A stretch of DNA of 64,000 bases from an uncultured Candidatus Saccharibacteria bacterium (GTDB lineage Bacteria; Patescibacteriota; Minisyncoccia; Phycocordibacterales; JACOZG01), in contig CAZYLF010000003.1 in NCBI GenBank assembly GCA_964648765.1, positions 41,676-105,675 on the forward strand, written 5' to 3'. Each line of letters starts with the position of its first letter. Positions within the stretch are counted from its first letter, which is position 1. The translations under genes were made by a program, and so were the position numbers. This document shows, piece by piece, positions 9,148 to 19,682 of this stretch. The notes beneath the pieces were generated by a model that saw only the letters and a list, made by a program, of their open reading frames with translations, was not told the DNA's origin and did not search any database.

Positions 9148-9801
9148 TCATGATTTTATTATATCAGCCTCAGTTAGTTCAAGTTTAAGTTCTTTAAGAA
9201 AAGTATGTAAGAATTTGGTTCTGCGTTTGGCAATCTTTTTGGCAAGTTTTGTATGCATACGCTTTTCTGCAACCAAAAGTCGTTTGTAAAACAAAGCCAC
9301 GCCAGATGCGGAATTTAATTCCGCGGCCTCATTAAGCGGATTGTCAGGATTGTAAAAACCTCTGTTCATCTGACCGCCAGAAGAAAAGGTTCTGATAATT
9401 GAAATGGCACCGGTGGACTCCAACAAATCAGCATCCTGGAGAACTTTGGACTCCAAAAGTTCTGGCATTATCGCTTTTGAAAATGAGCATTGTTTAATGC
9501 AAGTTACTACATCTTTAATTTTATGCTTTGGGTATTCGCTAATCCCCTCCAAAATTTGTGTGGCCACATCAGCACTCTCATCAGTTTCGTTTTTACTTTG
9601 TGGTGAATCTTTACGGTAAACTACCGTGTCGTGGAAGAGCGCAGCTGGGATAACCACCTCAAGATCCGCACCCACACTCTCACCGATTTTAATCGCCATA
9701 TTTAACACTCGACTTATATGTTCAAAATCGTGAGACGGATCTTCCTTGGTCTGCCTCTCTTTAGCAATCAGTTTTAATTTATCAAAAACTTTTGGGTTCA
9801 T
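9148..9801 (-). CDS. HD-domain phosphohydrolase (YedJ-like)
   Basis: SHDFEH...ALFHD...QDADLLE. Confidence 0.9.
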   Translation of the reverse strand: MNPKVFDKLKLIAKERQTKEDPSHDFEHISRVLNMAIKIGESVGADLEVVIPAALFHDTVVYRKDSPQSKNETDESADVATQILEGISEYPKHKIKDVVTCIKQCSFSKAIMPELLESKVLQDADLLESTGAISIIRTFSSGGQMNRGFYNPDNPLNEAAELNSASGVALFYKRLLVAEKRMHTKLAKKIAKRRTKFLHTFLKELKLELTEADIIKS

Positions 9802-9804
9802 AAT

Positions 9805-10317
9805 TCATTTAGCGTTTAGTGCTTTTAAACCGGCGATGTCGGGCTGGTCTATGTGTTCTCGCCCCACCAACATCTCTTTATTTTTGATAATAAGTTCTTT
9901 GGAAAGGAGCGGAAGTTTGAATCCTAAAAATTCCACTACCTCAATATCAGGGAAACCATTTTTATAAAAATTCACGTACTTATTTGTTTCTTTGTCGAGG
10001 ATATTCATCTCAGCCATCGGGCAGATGTCTATAACTATTCCCCCGACGGTAATTTCCACATTGTAGTTATCATAATTTTGATCTACAAAATGTTCAAGCG
10101 GACTTGTGATTCTCAACTCAACGAGTTTTAAGAATTCCGCAAAGACAGGATCATCTTTTGAAGTCTCGATATCAATATCGATGTCTGTTAGCTTGCGAGG
10201 TACGCCATACACATAACAAGCAAATCCGCCCGTGATGCACCAACGCAAGTTTAATTTATCCAAGATTGGAATAATAAACGAGAGCGCTTCGTGGACCTTT
10301 TGCTGCTGCGGATTCAT
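9805..10317 (-). CDS. small nucleotidyltransferase-fold protein
   Basis: GGFA..YG..R...DIDI Pol-beta-superfamily motif. Confidence 0.7.
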   Translation of the reverse strand: MNPQQQKVHEALSFIIPILDKLNLRWCITGGFACYVYGVPRKLTDIDIDIETSKDDPVFAEFLKLVELRITSPLEHFVDQNYDNYNVEITVGGIVIDICPMAEMNILDKETNKYVNFYKNGFPDIEVVEFLGFKLPLLSKELIIKNKEMLVGREHIDQPDIAGLKALNAK

Positions 10318-10320
10318 TTA

Positions 10321-10391
10321 CTGCCGGCCAGGGACTCGAACCCCAATACCCGCCTCCAAAGGGCGGTGTCCTACCATTAGACGAGCCGGCA
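10321..10391 (-). tRNA. tRNA-Gln (TTG), CCA not encoded
   Basis: TGCCGGC/GCCGGCA acceptor stem, CCGCC-CT-TTG-GA-GGCGG anticodon arm, GTTCGAGTC T-loop. Confidence 0.95.
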
Positions 10392-10476
10392 AAGACCCTA
10401 ATAATCTACCAATCTATGAGCCGATTGTACAGAGATTGAAATGGCGAGAGTGAAGATGATAGAGTAGAACGATATA

Positions 10477-10989
10477 ATGCAACTAATTCTTAAACTAAAT
10501 CCAGATAATATTACAGATGAAGTTGCGGCGGGTTTGAAGACTAGATTTGCCGCGAGAGGTGTTGTGTTTGATGAAAATAATAATGTGGCAATTTTGCCTG
10601 TAACGGCTCACGGTTATTACAAACTCCCCGGTGGAGGAATTGAGGAGGGTGAAGATAGTGTGGAAGCTTTTCGCAGAGAATGTTTAGAAGAAATTGGTAC
10701 AGATGTGGAGGTGATGAAAGAGTTGGGCTCAATTGTTGAATATAGGGCACAATTTTCCCTAGTCCAAACATCGTATTGTTATTTAGCAAAAGCGATTGGC
10801 GAAAGAAAGAAGGCAACCTTTACACAACACGAATTGGATAATGGTTTTGAAGAAGCAATTTGGGTGCCAATTGATGAAGCTATTGAATTAATGAATAGCC
10901 AGGCAGACAACTATGGCGGAAAGTTTATTGTAGAACGAGATACTTTTCTTTTAAAAAAAGTCGCGCTGGTGATTACCAACGCGGCTTAA
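10477..10989 (+). CDS. NUDIX hydrolase
   Basis: GGGIEEGEDSVEAFRRECLEEIG Nudix box. Confidence 0.92.
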   Translation: MQLILKLNPDNITDEVAAGLKTRFAARGVVFDENNNVAILPVTAHGYYKLPGGGIEEGEDSVEAFRRECLEEIGTDVEVMKELGSIVEYRAQFSLVQTSYCYLAKAIGERKKATFTQHELDNGFEEAIWVPIDEAIELMNSQADNYGGKFIVERDTFLLKKVALVITNAA

Positions 10990-11008
10990 GGGGAACTTCA
11001 CATGCGTT

Positions 11009-11299
11009 CTAATATGTCCCTAGCACCCACTTTTCGTCAGACTTAAATCGTTGAGCGAGATCGTCTCTGAGCTTATACCTCTCACCCTGGAGTATGTCCT
11101 CCTCCATTTGGCAGTAGAGCACTATGCCTTTGTTGTGCTCAAAGTACTGGAACCCTGTGACACGAATTATCTCAGTTGTCTGACCTACATACAAATTTAG
11201 ATTTGCCCCGATTGGTGGCACAAATTCAAGCTCCAACTCACGATCGTAATAAAGACCCTCATCCCCATCCAAATCCACACTCACAATGAACTTCGGCAT
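11009..11299 (-). CDS. hypothetical protein
   Basis: ATG with AAGGAGGT SD. Confidence 0.65.
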   Translation of the reverse strand: MPKFIVSVDLDGDEGLYYDRELELEFVPPIGANLNLYVGQTTEIIRVTGFQYFEHNKGIVLYCQMEEDILQGERYKLRDDLAQRFKSDEKWVLGTY

Positions 11300-11440
11300 C
11301 TCGACCTCCTTTCATTAAATTCTACCTTCTCCTAATCTGTATATTACACACCTTTGCACTTATGGCAAGCATGTCCCCGACTTTTGAATCTATCAAAAGG
11401 TTAAAAAGAGTTGTAGAATGCCGTTATAGCGATCACGCCC

Positions 11441-12667
11441 ATGGATACCAAGAAAAATGTCTTTTTATGGACCCTTTACGATTTTGCAAACTCGCTTGTT
11501 TCAATCGTCTTCTTTTTATATTTTGCTCAATGGATCGTGGTAGATAGAGGGCTAGCAGACATCTACTTTAACCTCACTTTTACCGTGGCGGCATTGTTGC
11601 TACTCCTCACCGTGCCAGTTACGGGCTTTTTGCTCGACAAATACTTCAGGCGAATCACGGGCTTAAGATACACCACCTTTGCCACCTCCTTGCTTTATGG
11701 CGCCTGCGCGCTGTCGGCAATTCTTAATAAAGACATCCCGGCATTAATCTTCTTCACCCTTGGACTCTACTCATACCTTTTAACATTCACTTTTTATACA
11801 CCACTTATTAATGACATCTCAAAGCCAGAAAAAATAGGCAAGATCTCAGGCCTAGGAATTGCAGCAAACTACCTGGGGCAATTTACCGGCTTACTCATCG
11901 TTTTGCCATTTTCAAACGGAACGTTTAGTTGGTTTGGTTCGGCAGCTCGCGCCGAGACTTTGCTACCGGCGGTTATCGCCTTTACCATTCTCGCGCTCCC
12001 AATGCTCATATGGTTTAAAGAACCTAAAAAGGAAAAGGTGACCTTCAAATTTAAATCTGAGCTTAAGGGGATGCTAGCAGAAACAAAAAAGCTCTTTTTA
12101 TTCCCCGGCGTGGCGCTCTTTATGTTGGCGTACTTTTTATTTAATGATGCTGTCCTCACAGCGTCCAACAACTTTCCGCTTTTTCTTGAGCAAGTGTGGG
12201 CTGTTTCAGACACGGTAAAAACTTACATTCTCTTAGGAATTATTTTTACCTCCGCAATTGGTGGATTAATTTCTGGAGTTATTGCCGATCGCTTTGGTCA
12301 CAAAAGGACACTCGTATTTATCACAGCCGGGTGGATTTTTATTCTTCCGTTTATTGGATTTATAAATAACTTTACGCTCTTGATTGTTGCCACAACTATT
12401 ATGGGATTGTGGTTTGGTTCCAACTGGGCCGTGTCTCGATCGGTGATGTCGTATCTCGCGCCGCCGCAAGGGCACAATCTTGCCTTTGCCTATTTTGGAT
12501 TAGTGGAGCGGGCGTCGTCTTTTGTGGGGCCGATTGTGTGGGGTCTCGTGGTCACCAGCTTTGTGTCAATTGGCAGTGATAGATATAGATTTGCCACGCT
12601 GGCCGTGACGTTATTTATTGCGCTTGGATTAATTGTATTATTAAAAGTAAAAAGCGACCGCGCCTAA
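11441..12667 (+). CDS. MFS transporter (UMF1/Atg22-like)
   Basis: WTLYDFANS N-terminus, about 12 TM, DRFGHKR motif. Confidence 0.9.
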   Translation: MDTKKNVFLWTLYDFANSLVSIVFFLYFAQWIVVDRGLADIYFNLTFTVAALLLLLTVPVTGFLLDKYFRRITGLRYTTFATSLLYGACALSAILNKDIPALIFFTLGLYSYLLTFTFYTPLINDISKPEKIGKISGLGIAANYLGQFTGLLIVLPFSNGTFSWFGSAARAETLLPAVIAFTILALPMLIWFKEPKKEKVTFKFKSELKGMLAETKKLFLFPGVALFMLAYFLFNDAVLTASNNFPLFLEQVWAVSDTVKTYILLGIIFTSAIGGLISGVIADRFGHKRTLVFITAGWIFILPFIGFINNFTLLIVATTIMGLWFGSNWAVSRSVMSYLAPPQGHNLAFAYFGLVERASSFVGPIVWGLVVTSFVSIGSDRYRFATLAVTLFIALGLIVLLKVKSDRA

Positions 12668-12792
12668 TATTTAATTTGTTTTTGGTAAGGGTTCCCCTTG
12701 ACATTGACTTCTTATCAAAAGGTGATATAGTGATCGCAGATAGCAAGAGCGAAATGTAAGTAGCTCTATAACAATATCCGAAGGAGTTAGAA

Positions 12793-13050
12793 ATGACACG
12801 AGAGCGATATGAGGAACTGCTTAAAAAACTTGATGAAATCGATGAGGTGGCATGGGACAAAGTAAATAAGGAAAAAGAGTATCCAACCACTGCCGATCAC
12901 CATCTTGTAAGCACAGCCTCTACAATCATCGATGGAGGAGAACGACTAACCAAATTAGCGGCCAAAGTTGGGTCTACTCCAAGCGAGCTTAAGGAGTATC
13001 TCAATATGTTTTTTATCGAACATGTGTGTGACGAGATCGAATCAGAGTAG
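12793..13050 (+). CDS. hypothetical protein
   Basis: TTGACT/TATAGT promoter, AAGGAG SD, terminator at about 13076-13105. Confidence 0.65.
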   Translation: MTRERYEELLKKLDEIDEVAWDKVNKEKEYPTTADHHLVSTASTIIDGGERLTKLAAKVGSTPSELKEYLNMFFIEHVCDEIESE

Positions 13051-13150
13051 CGTTTCGGATGATCGGCAAAATCTTAAGAGACCCACACTCGGGTCTCTTT
13101 TTTTATTTCTTGCTATAATACCCTCATTAGTAGGTTTTAAATAAAACAAT

Positions 13151-13573
13151 ATGGAAATTAATTATTTGGCGGTGTTGGTGTGTGGGGTGGCGGCTTTGGT
13201 GATTGGATCCATTTGGTATGGACCACTTTTTGGCAAAGCATGGATGAAGATTATGGGCGTGGAAAATATGAGTGAAGAGCAGAAGCAAGTGATGAAGAAA
13301 GGTATGTGGATGATGTACTTGGCCCAATTTATTATCTCGCTCATCACAGCCGGAGTGCTCGCGGTGCACATTGCTTATTGGTCTGATCCTTCTTATTCAG
13401 CTATCGGCATCGCCATCTGCACTTGGTTTGGCTTCATCCTCACCACCGACGCTCAAGCGGCCCTCTGGAGTGGCAAGCCTAAAAATGTGGCTTGGAAGAT
13501 GTTCTTCATCAACGCCGGCGGCCAACTCGTCACCTTCGCCATCTTCGGTTTGATCCTCGGCGCTTGGATGTAG
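13151..13573 (+). CDS. DUF1761-like membrane protein
   Basis: INYLAVLV...GSIWYGPLFGKAW signature. Confidence 0.85.
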   Translation: MEINYLAVLVCGVAALVIGSIWYGPLFGKAWMKIMGVENMSEEQKQVMKKGMWMMYLAQFIISLITAGVLAVHIAYWSDPSYSAIGIAICTWFGFILTTDAQAALWSGKPKNVAWKMFFINAGGQLVTFAIFGLILGAWM

Positions 13574-13593
13574 ATTTTTAAATTAGTGGTTAT

Positions 13594-14037
13594 ATGTCAG
13601 CTGAAAAGCCAGAAATAAATTACTCCACGCCCGGCGAATCAATTGCTGAGGGCGAAGTGCCACAGCACCGTTTTGACCTAGTGATAGATGGAGAAAAAGT
13701 TGGCGCCGCTGAGTTGGACTATTTCTCACGCCCGCTACCTCTGTATCAAGTCACTGATCTATTTGTAGACTTTGAGCACAAAGGTGAGGGTCATGCTTCG
13801 AAAATTCTCGAGCAAGTTGAGGATTTTCTGAAGCAAAAGAAAAAGCCCGGTATTCTGGTGGACGCCATTATGCCCGGCGACAAGGCAGAGGGCATGTATG
13901 CTCGACGTGGCTGGGTGACCGTGCCAGATTCCCACGGACTCAACGTATTTAACTGGCCAGATGATGTACCACTAAGCGTCTTGGTTGGGTACGAATCAAG
14001 GTACACCGATCTACTCAAGCGAAAAGGAAATTCTTAA
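13594..14037 (+). CDS. GNAT-family acetyltransferase
   Basis: LFVDFEHKGEGHA motif A, MYARRGW. Confidence 0.75.
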   Translation: MSAEKPEINYSTPGESIAEGEVPQHRFDLVIDGEKVGAAELDYFSRPLPLYQVTDLFVDFEHKGEGHASKILEQVEDFLKQKKKPGILVDAIMPGDKAEGMYARRGWVTVPDSHGLNVFNWPDDVPLSVLVGYESRYTDLLKRKGNS

Positions 14038-14108
14038 GTTTTAACTAAAGCAAAATAAATTACAAAATTAAAGCCGCGACGGGGACCGTCGCGGCTTGGT
14101 TGTAATTC

Positions 14109-15122
14109 TTACTGAACGCACAACTTCTCACCTAGTTCCAGAGCCTCGCGGAAATGTGGTCTGAAGTCGATCCACTCCTCGGGTATCCCTTGGATGCCAA
14201 CATTGGCGCCAATCAATCCTCCCACCACTGAGGCATTGGTGTCGGTGTCACCACCGGCATTCACCGCCTCCAAAACCCCAGCTCTAAAGTCTGTGGGATG
14301 TCGGAAGAACGTCCCAATAGCGAAGGCGGCGGTATCGATGGCATGAAAGCCACAACCAACCGCTTTTCGTAAATCTTGAGCTGAGTAAATTGATTGCGAC
14401 AATTTTCTCAACCTCCTCGACACTAGTTCGGTGGTTATGCCCTCATCCTCCTCCACCTGGCTAACTAACCTAATCACCACCGAGAGCATGTTGAGGCGAG
14501 TGGAGAGACTCTTTTGAGTTAACGAAAAGATGGCAGTTAACCGATTAGTCAGTGCCACTGCGTAGGCGGCGACACTGGCTCTAATGTCTGGATGAGTGAG
14601 TGAGCCCAGGGCTTTGACGTCTCGCCATAGCCCTCGATTAAACTCATTGGGGCTAGGATCAAACGGCATCAGCGCGAGCGGCGCCACCTTCATCACCACG
14701 CCATTACCGCAACCTTTACCTGGTTCGGCGGGAGGTAGCGCGTCACGTCCTGGCACTCGCTCACCACGCCCGATAGCCTCAATCGCCAGTTGAGTGGTTT
14801 TACCCCAGCCAAAAGTGCTTTGTCGGAGTTCTCGCACATGCTCTTCAGCACAATCAATGAGATTAAATTGGCCACCACAACGGATCAACGAGTTGGCCAC
14901 CGCTCTGGTAAGTTGCCAATCATCAGTGGCGTCACCCGCCTTAAGTTCCTTGAGCCAATCACGTTTACTGAGTGAATCAACAAAACCACGGATCCCAACT
15001 CCACCGGTAGCGGCCAGAATTTGCTCGTGGGTTAGTGTTTCTACCGACATACCCATGGCGTCACCGAGATTAACCCCCATTAAACAGCCCTGGGCTTTGT
15101 CCACCATAACTTGATTATTCAT
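14109..15122 (-). CDS. ADP-ribosylglycohydrolase (DraG/ARH family)
   Basis: GDAMG, TDD, GNG..M, GGDTDT motifs. Confidence 0.92.
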   Translation of the reverse strand: MNNQVMVDKAQGCLMGVNLGDAMGMSVETLTHEQILAATGGVGIRGFVDSLSKRDWLKELKAGDATDDWQLTRAVANSLIRCGGQFNLIDCAEEHVRELRQSTFGWGKTTQLAIEAIGRGERVPGRDALPPAEPGKGCGNGVVMKVAPLALMPFDPSPNEFNRGLWRDVKALGSLTHPDIRASVAAYAVALTNRLTAIFSLTQKSLSTRLNMLSVVIRLVSQVEEDEGITTELVSRRLRKLSQSIYSAQDLRKAVGCGFHAIDTAAFAIGTFFRHPTDFRAGVLEAVNAGGDTDTNASVVGGLIGANVGIQGIPEEWIDFRPHFREALELGEKLCVQ

Positions 15123-15244
15123 GACTATCCTCCTGTAAAAGTACTCTTTTCTCTCTACCTTTAAACTACATATTTATATAAAAAAGTCAATGAAAAAACG
15201 GCAGTGATCCTTGGATCATCTGCCGTTTGTGTTTGTGGTCTTCA

Positions 15245-15574
15245 CTACGCGAACGCACTGCGGAGCTCCTTAACCAACGTAAGAAGCTCGTAGTGGTTGA
15301 TCAGCCCCAGATCAGCTGCCTCAAACAACCAGTCAATAAATCCAGCAAGATGCTGCTGGTTGTTGCGGTAATCGATCGCCGCCACACCACCCAAAACCGG
15401 AAAGTCGTCGTCGTACGGGAAGATCGCGTGAAGAGCATCGAGCATGTCACCATGGTACTCGTTAACATAACGAGTGTTTGCGCCCAAAATATCGCGCCAA
15501 CTCACCACAACGTCAAACTTCATGTACTCGCGGACAACTTCCGGATGCATACCCCGCATCGAAGTAAGTGTCAT
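15245..15574 (-). CDS. hypothetical protein
   Basis: ATG with AGGAG SD; terminator at about 15195-15228. Confidence 0.55.
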   Translation of the reverse strand: MTLTSMRGMHPEVVREYMKFDVVVSWRDILGANTRYVNEYHGDMLDALHAIFPYDDDFPVLGGVAAIDYRNNQQHLAGFIDWLFEAADLGLINHYELLTLVKELRSAFA

Positions 15575-15740
15575 CTCGATTCTCCTGTCAAAATTCTAAA
15601 AGCTAAACCTAGACCACACGACCTAGTTAGCCCTCAATTTCCAAACCACATTATACACGTTTCCTACTTTCTGTCAAATACACATAAAGTCAAATGTTGA
15701 CGATTTGGTGCGGTATGTGTTTTATGATATATTATTTTTT

Positions 15741-16043
15741 ATGAGAGGATTTGTGGAATTTATTAGAGAGCAGGGAGTGGTGGGCCTCGCGGTAGGCTTT
15801 ATTTTAGGTGGGGCAGTATCCAAACTCGTCACTGCTTTTATCAACGACATTATTAATCCCCTCCTCGGCTTACTCCTCGGTTTAGCTGGCGATCTTAAAA
15901 ATGCCTACTTCGCCATTGGCTCTGCTAAAATTATGTACGGCGACATGATTAGCGTGCTCGTAGACTTCGTGATCATCGCCATCATCGTTTATTGTGGATT
16001 TAAATTTTTACGGTTAGAAAAATTAGATAAGAAAAAAAGTTAA
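15741..16043 (+). CDS. mscL: large-conductance mechanosensitive channel
   Basis: F.EFI...GVVGLAVGFILGGAVSKLV...DIINP. Confidence 0.9.
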   Translation: MRGFVEFIREQGVVGLAVGFILGGAVSKLVTAFINDIINPLLGLLLGLAGDLKNAYFAIGSAKIMYGDMISVLVDFVIIAIIVYCGFKFLRLEKLDKKKS

Positions 16044-16044
16044 T

Positions 16045-17826
16045 ATGGAACAAATTAAGAAAAGTCGCAAACTGAGCGTTTTACCAGTGCTTAAAGTTTT
16101 TTATAAGCATACTCTCCATTATAAGTGGTCGGCTTTTCTGTCACTCTTTTTAATGCTGATCATCTCGTCGCTACACATTATTACGCCAATATTTTACAAG
16201 CGACTTTTTGATCTTATTGCCAGCGCCACTCCAAGCCCAGAGTCCACCGAGGCTCTCTTAGTTGTGCTCTTTACCATCACTGGTATTTATTTTGCATCTT
16301 GGGCCCTCAGACGCGTTGGGCAATTGGCAAACATTTATCTCCAAGCGAGCATAATGAACGACCTTAATCAAAGCTCGTTTGGTTATTTACTCGGTCACTC
16401 CTATACCTTTTTTGTTAATAATTTTGCTGGCTCCTTGGTACGTAAAATAAATCGTTTAGCGCGGGCTTATGAGATGTTTATGGATCGTCTCACTTATGAC
16501 CTCTTGCCACTCTTTGTGTCTTTGGTTGGAATTTTAATTGTGCTTTTTATCCGGAACACTTGGCTCGGGCTCGCCTTCTTCATTTGGGTGGTTGTGCTTA
16601 TGACGATCCAATATTTAATCGCCACATGGAAGCTAAAGTGGAACATTGCGCTAGCTGAAAAGGATTCTGAGAACACGGCCGTGCTCTCCGACTCAATCTC
16701 AAACAGCATCACGGTTAAAACTTTTACCGGCAAATTAATCGAGCGTGGCACACTTGGTAAAGTCTCTGACGGCCTGAGGGCACTCCGTCTTAAGAGTTGG
16801 CGCTTGGACGAAATGGTAAATGCTATCCAAGGAGTGCTGATGATCGGCATTGAGTTTGTGCTCATCTATATGAGTATTAAACTTTGGTCACAGGGATTAA
16901 TCACAATTGGTGACTTCGCCTTGATCCAAGCTTACTTAATTAGCGCCACCGATCGCTTGTGGAACTTTGGGCATATTATCCGCCAAATGTATGAGGCCTT
17001 TGCTGACGCCACCGAGATGGTGGAGATTTTGGATTTGCCCCATGAGGTTAAGGATAAGCCGCTGGCAATTGCACTTAAAGTGAACGCGGGTAAAATCACG
17101 TTTAATAATGTGGGTTTTAACTTTAAACAAACTCGGAAAATTTTAGAAAACTTTAATCTCGCCGTAAACGCTAAAGAAAAAATCGCTTTGGTGGGCCCAT
17201 CGGGTGCAGGCAAAACCACCATCACTAAACTCCTCTTCCGTTTTTACGATGTAATTGATGGTGAGATTTTAGTTGATGAGCAAAATATTGCCGATGCCAC
17301 ACAAGATAGTTTGCGCCAAAACATCGCCATGGTGCCTCAGGAGCCAGTCCTCTTTCATCGCACATTGATGGAGAATATTCGCTACGGCCGACCAGAAGCC
17401 ACAGATGATGAAGTAATTGAAGCTGCCAAGCAAGCGCACTGCTTTGAGTTTATTAGCCAATTGCCTGAAGGCTTTGGCACTTACGTGGGTGAGCGTGGTG
17501 TTAAGCTCTCGGGTGGCGAGCGTCAGAGGGTGGCTATTGCTCGTGCAATTTTAAAAAATGCGCCAATTTTGGTGCTTGATGAGGCTACCTCAAGTTTAGA
17601 TTCTGAATCTGAAAGCTTGATCCAAGATGCGCTTGCAAAATTAATGGAAGGTAAAACAGTGATCGTAATCGCCCATCGCCTCTCCACAATTATGAAAATG
17701 GACAGGATTGTAGTGGTTCAAAACGGCCAAGTGGCCACCACAGGCACTCATGATGAATTAATTAAACAAGAAAACGGTCTCTACAAAAAACTCTGGGATA
17801 TCCAAGTCGGCGGCTTTATGAAGTAA
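16045..17826 (+). CDS. ABC exporter, fused TMD-NBD (MsbA/ABCB-like)
   Basis: GPSGAGKT, LSGGERQR, LDEATSSLD, AHRLST. Confidence 0.93.
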   Translation: MEQIKKSRKLSVLPVLKVFYKHTLHYKWSAFLSLFLMLIISSLHIITPIFYKRLFDLIASATPSPESTEALLVVLFTITGIYFASWALRRVGQLANIYLQASIMNDLNQSSFGYLLGHSYTFFVNNFAGSLVRKINRLARAYEMFMDRLTYDLLPLFVSLVGILIVLFIRNTWLGLAFFIWVVVLMTIQYLIATWKLKWNIALAEKDSENTAVLSDSISNSITVKTFTGKLIERGTLGKVSDGLRALRLKSWRLDEMVNAIQGVLMIGIEFVLIYMSIKLWSQGLITIGDFALIQAYLISATDRLWNFGHIIRQMYEAFADATEMVEILDLPHEVKDKPLAIALKVNAGKITFNNVGFNFKQTRKILENFNLAVNAKEKIALVGPSGAGKTTITKLLFRFYDVIDGEILVDEQNIADATQDSLRQNIAMVPQEPVLFHRTLMENIRYGRPEATDDEVIEAAKQAHCFEFISQLPEGFGTYVGERGVKLSGGERQRVAIARAILKNAPILVLDEATSSLDSESESLIQDALAKLMEGKTVIVIAHRLSTIMKMDRIVVVQNGQVATTGTHDELIKQENGLYKKLWDIQVGGFMK

Positions 17827-17897
17827 ATGAAATAAAAAAATTACCAAGTTTGTGCGGTCGCACAAACTTGGTAATTTTGTTTGGAGAGCGTATGCGC

Positions 17898-19067
17898 TCA
17901 AGGATCCATTTGGTTTGGGGTGATCTCTGGCCAATAGTAGTAGGAGTACTCACCACCACCAAGATCATAATTAATGTAGCGGAAAAGAGGGTGCGCAATG
18001 TTCGTGGCGTGGTAGATGATGGCAGTTACTACCTGCCCATTAGACTGGCGGTAGCTACACTGCATTGTGCGCAAATCAAGCCAATCATCTTGCTCATCGC
18101 CAAAACTAATTGATGAGACACTCTCAGGATCACATGAAGTAAAGCGAGAATTTTTGGACACAAACCAAAGCATATCCGTAACCGCTCGCTCCTTTTGAAA
18201 ACCGTAACCAGGAATAACCAAGTAAAGCGTCACTCCAGCCTTTAGTGCTTTTACCTGGTACTGCACATCACCCCACCAAAAGACTTCAGCTTGAGTTAAA
18301 CTTTTCCACAGCGTATCACCCTGCCAACGATACTTTGCTGATGCATCGATCAGCTTGTTTGCGGTGCTGCTCGCCGAAGCAAAAGTGTAATAGTTGCCGT
18401 TGTATATCACGTAAGCATTCAACATCGACGACGAATCGAGTGGCTTAAACGTCTTCCAGACACCTCGAGTAAGTGGCACAGATTGTTGACCTCCCCCACC
18501 TCGATCATCAATAAACAAAGATGGGTTGCGGTAGTTCTTAATGTCGCCAGGTTTTAGTGGTGATGTAGCATAAGCTTGAGGATACGCATCTAGATTTGGA
18601 TCAGTCGCAATTTCAAAATGAAGATGCGGACTATAGTAGCCACCAGCATCACCAATTGTGCCAATGAGTTGACCCTCAAAAACCTTCGCGCCCTCAACAA
18701 TCTTTGATGAAACCGATTTTAAATGCGCTGATCTTGAGTAATAAACTCGATTATCTAGTGTGGTATGTTTTATCTGAACCCTCGTACCCCAACTATGCCT
18801 GCCGGGGATAATCCTTACCTCATCAACTACTCCATTGGCAACAGCAAAAAATGTTTTGTCATAATCATCACGCGGGTCACCAATAATATTGAAGTCCGAA
18901 CCTACGTGATACTTGCCATTGTAGATAGAAAGAAATGGCCCCTCATCTTCATAATTTGAGACCGGCTTGACTGGCGAAGAAAAGTGGTAGGCCAGATTAT
19001 TATTCTGACCAGACGTAGTTTGAGAACAAAACAAGACAGCTACCAAACAAAATAATACACGTAACAT
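17898..19067 (-). CDS. secreted M23-family peptidase with C-terminal extension
   Basis: Signal peptide, HVGSD (HxxxD), HLHFE. GGAGG SD before ATG 19067. Confidence 0.85.
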   Translation of the reverse strand: MLRVLFCLVAVLFCSQTTSGQNNNLAYHFSSPVKPVSNYEDEGPFLSIYNGKYHVGSDFNIIGDPRDDYDKTFFAVANGVVDEVRIIPGRHSWGTRVQIKHTTLDNRVYYSRSAHLKSVSSKIVEGAKVFEGQLIGTIGDAGGYYSPHLHFEIATDPNLDAYPQAYATSPLKPGDIKNYRNPSLFIDDRGGGGQQSVPLTRGVWKTFKPLDSSSMLNAYVIYNGNYYTFASASSTANKLIDASAKYRWQGDTLWKSLTQAEVFWWGDVQYQVKALKAGVTLYLVIPGYGFQKERAVTDMLWFVSKNSRFTSCDPESVSSISFGDEQDDWLDLRTMQCSYRQSNGQVVTAIIYHATNIAHPLFRYINYDLGGGEYSYYYWPEITPNQMDP

Positions 19068-19145
19068 GGAAACCTCCAAACATGAAAAGAACTTAAACTT
19101 AGCAAATCATTGCCAAGTGGTTATCTATAAATAATTATCACTTAA

Positions 19146-19682
19146 CTAATTTGTAAATTCAAGTGAATACAGCACTTCCGCGTCTGCATAAATATAAAAC
19201 GTAGCCAAGTATGAATTATTATTATGTTCAAAAAAATATAATTTAGTGCCACTGTTTGGACTAGAATCACCATATTGTGAGTACTCACTGATTGAAATAT
19301 TATTATTTTTAAACTCCCTGATTTTAGTTAAGTTATCGTTTGAATCCTGCTTGTCAAAATCATTAATCAAGCTCTCTAACCCCACATTAAAAATTCTTAA
19401 AGTACCAAGGCTACTACTTACACTATTCATTCTAGTTTTTAAAAAATGAAGAGTTTCGGCCTTAAACGTCGGTCTAGTGAGGCGTAAATCTGCATCATCT
19501 ATTACTTCCTTTACTACCCAATCGCCTGGATGCTTTAGACTAAACCCATACTTATCATTTTTGTATGTTACTAAAATTACTTCATCCCTTTCTCTCAAGC
19601 CAAGTGGTGGACCACCAGCTTGATACTCCCACGCCACAAAAAGGGCTACCACAACCACAATGATTAAAATTAACTTTTTCAT
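19146..19682 (-). CDS. membrane-anchored PsbP-like hypothetical protein
   Basis: N-terminal TM, TYKNDKYGFSLKHPGDW motif. Confidence 0.6.
   Translation of the reverse strand: MKKLILIIVVVVALFVAWEYQAGGPPLGLRERDEVILVTYKNDKYGFSLKHPGDWVVKEVIDDADLRLTRPTFKAETLHFLKTRMNSVSSSLGTLRIFNVGLESLINDFDKQDSNDNLTKIREFKNNNISISEYSQYGDSSPNSGTKLYFFEHNNNSYLATFYIYADAEVLYSLEFTN

Noticed and set aside
6476-10317. Reading NTase + HD + E2/JAB/E1 as type II CBASS
   Set aside because: The NTase is only 170 aa and lacks CD-NTase size and a C-terminal Gly. No effector is present, a separate Ubl is, and a 129-bp AT-rich gap separates the blocks.
1-10391. Prophage or island integrated at tRNA-Gln
   Set aside because: No integrase, phage genes or duplicated tRNA 3' end seen within the window.
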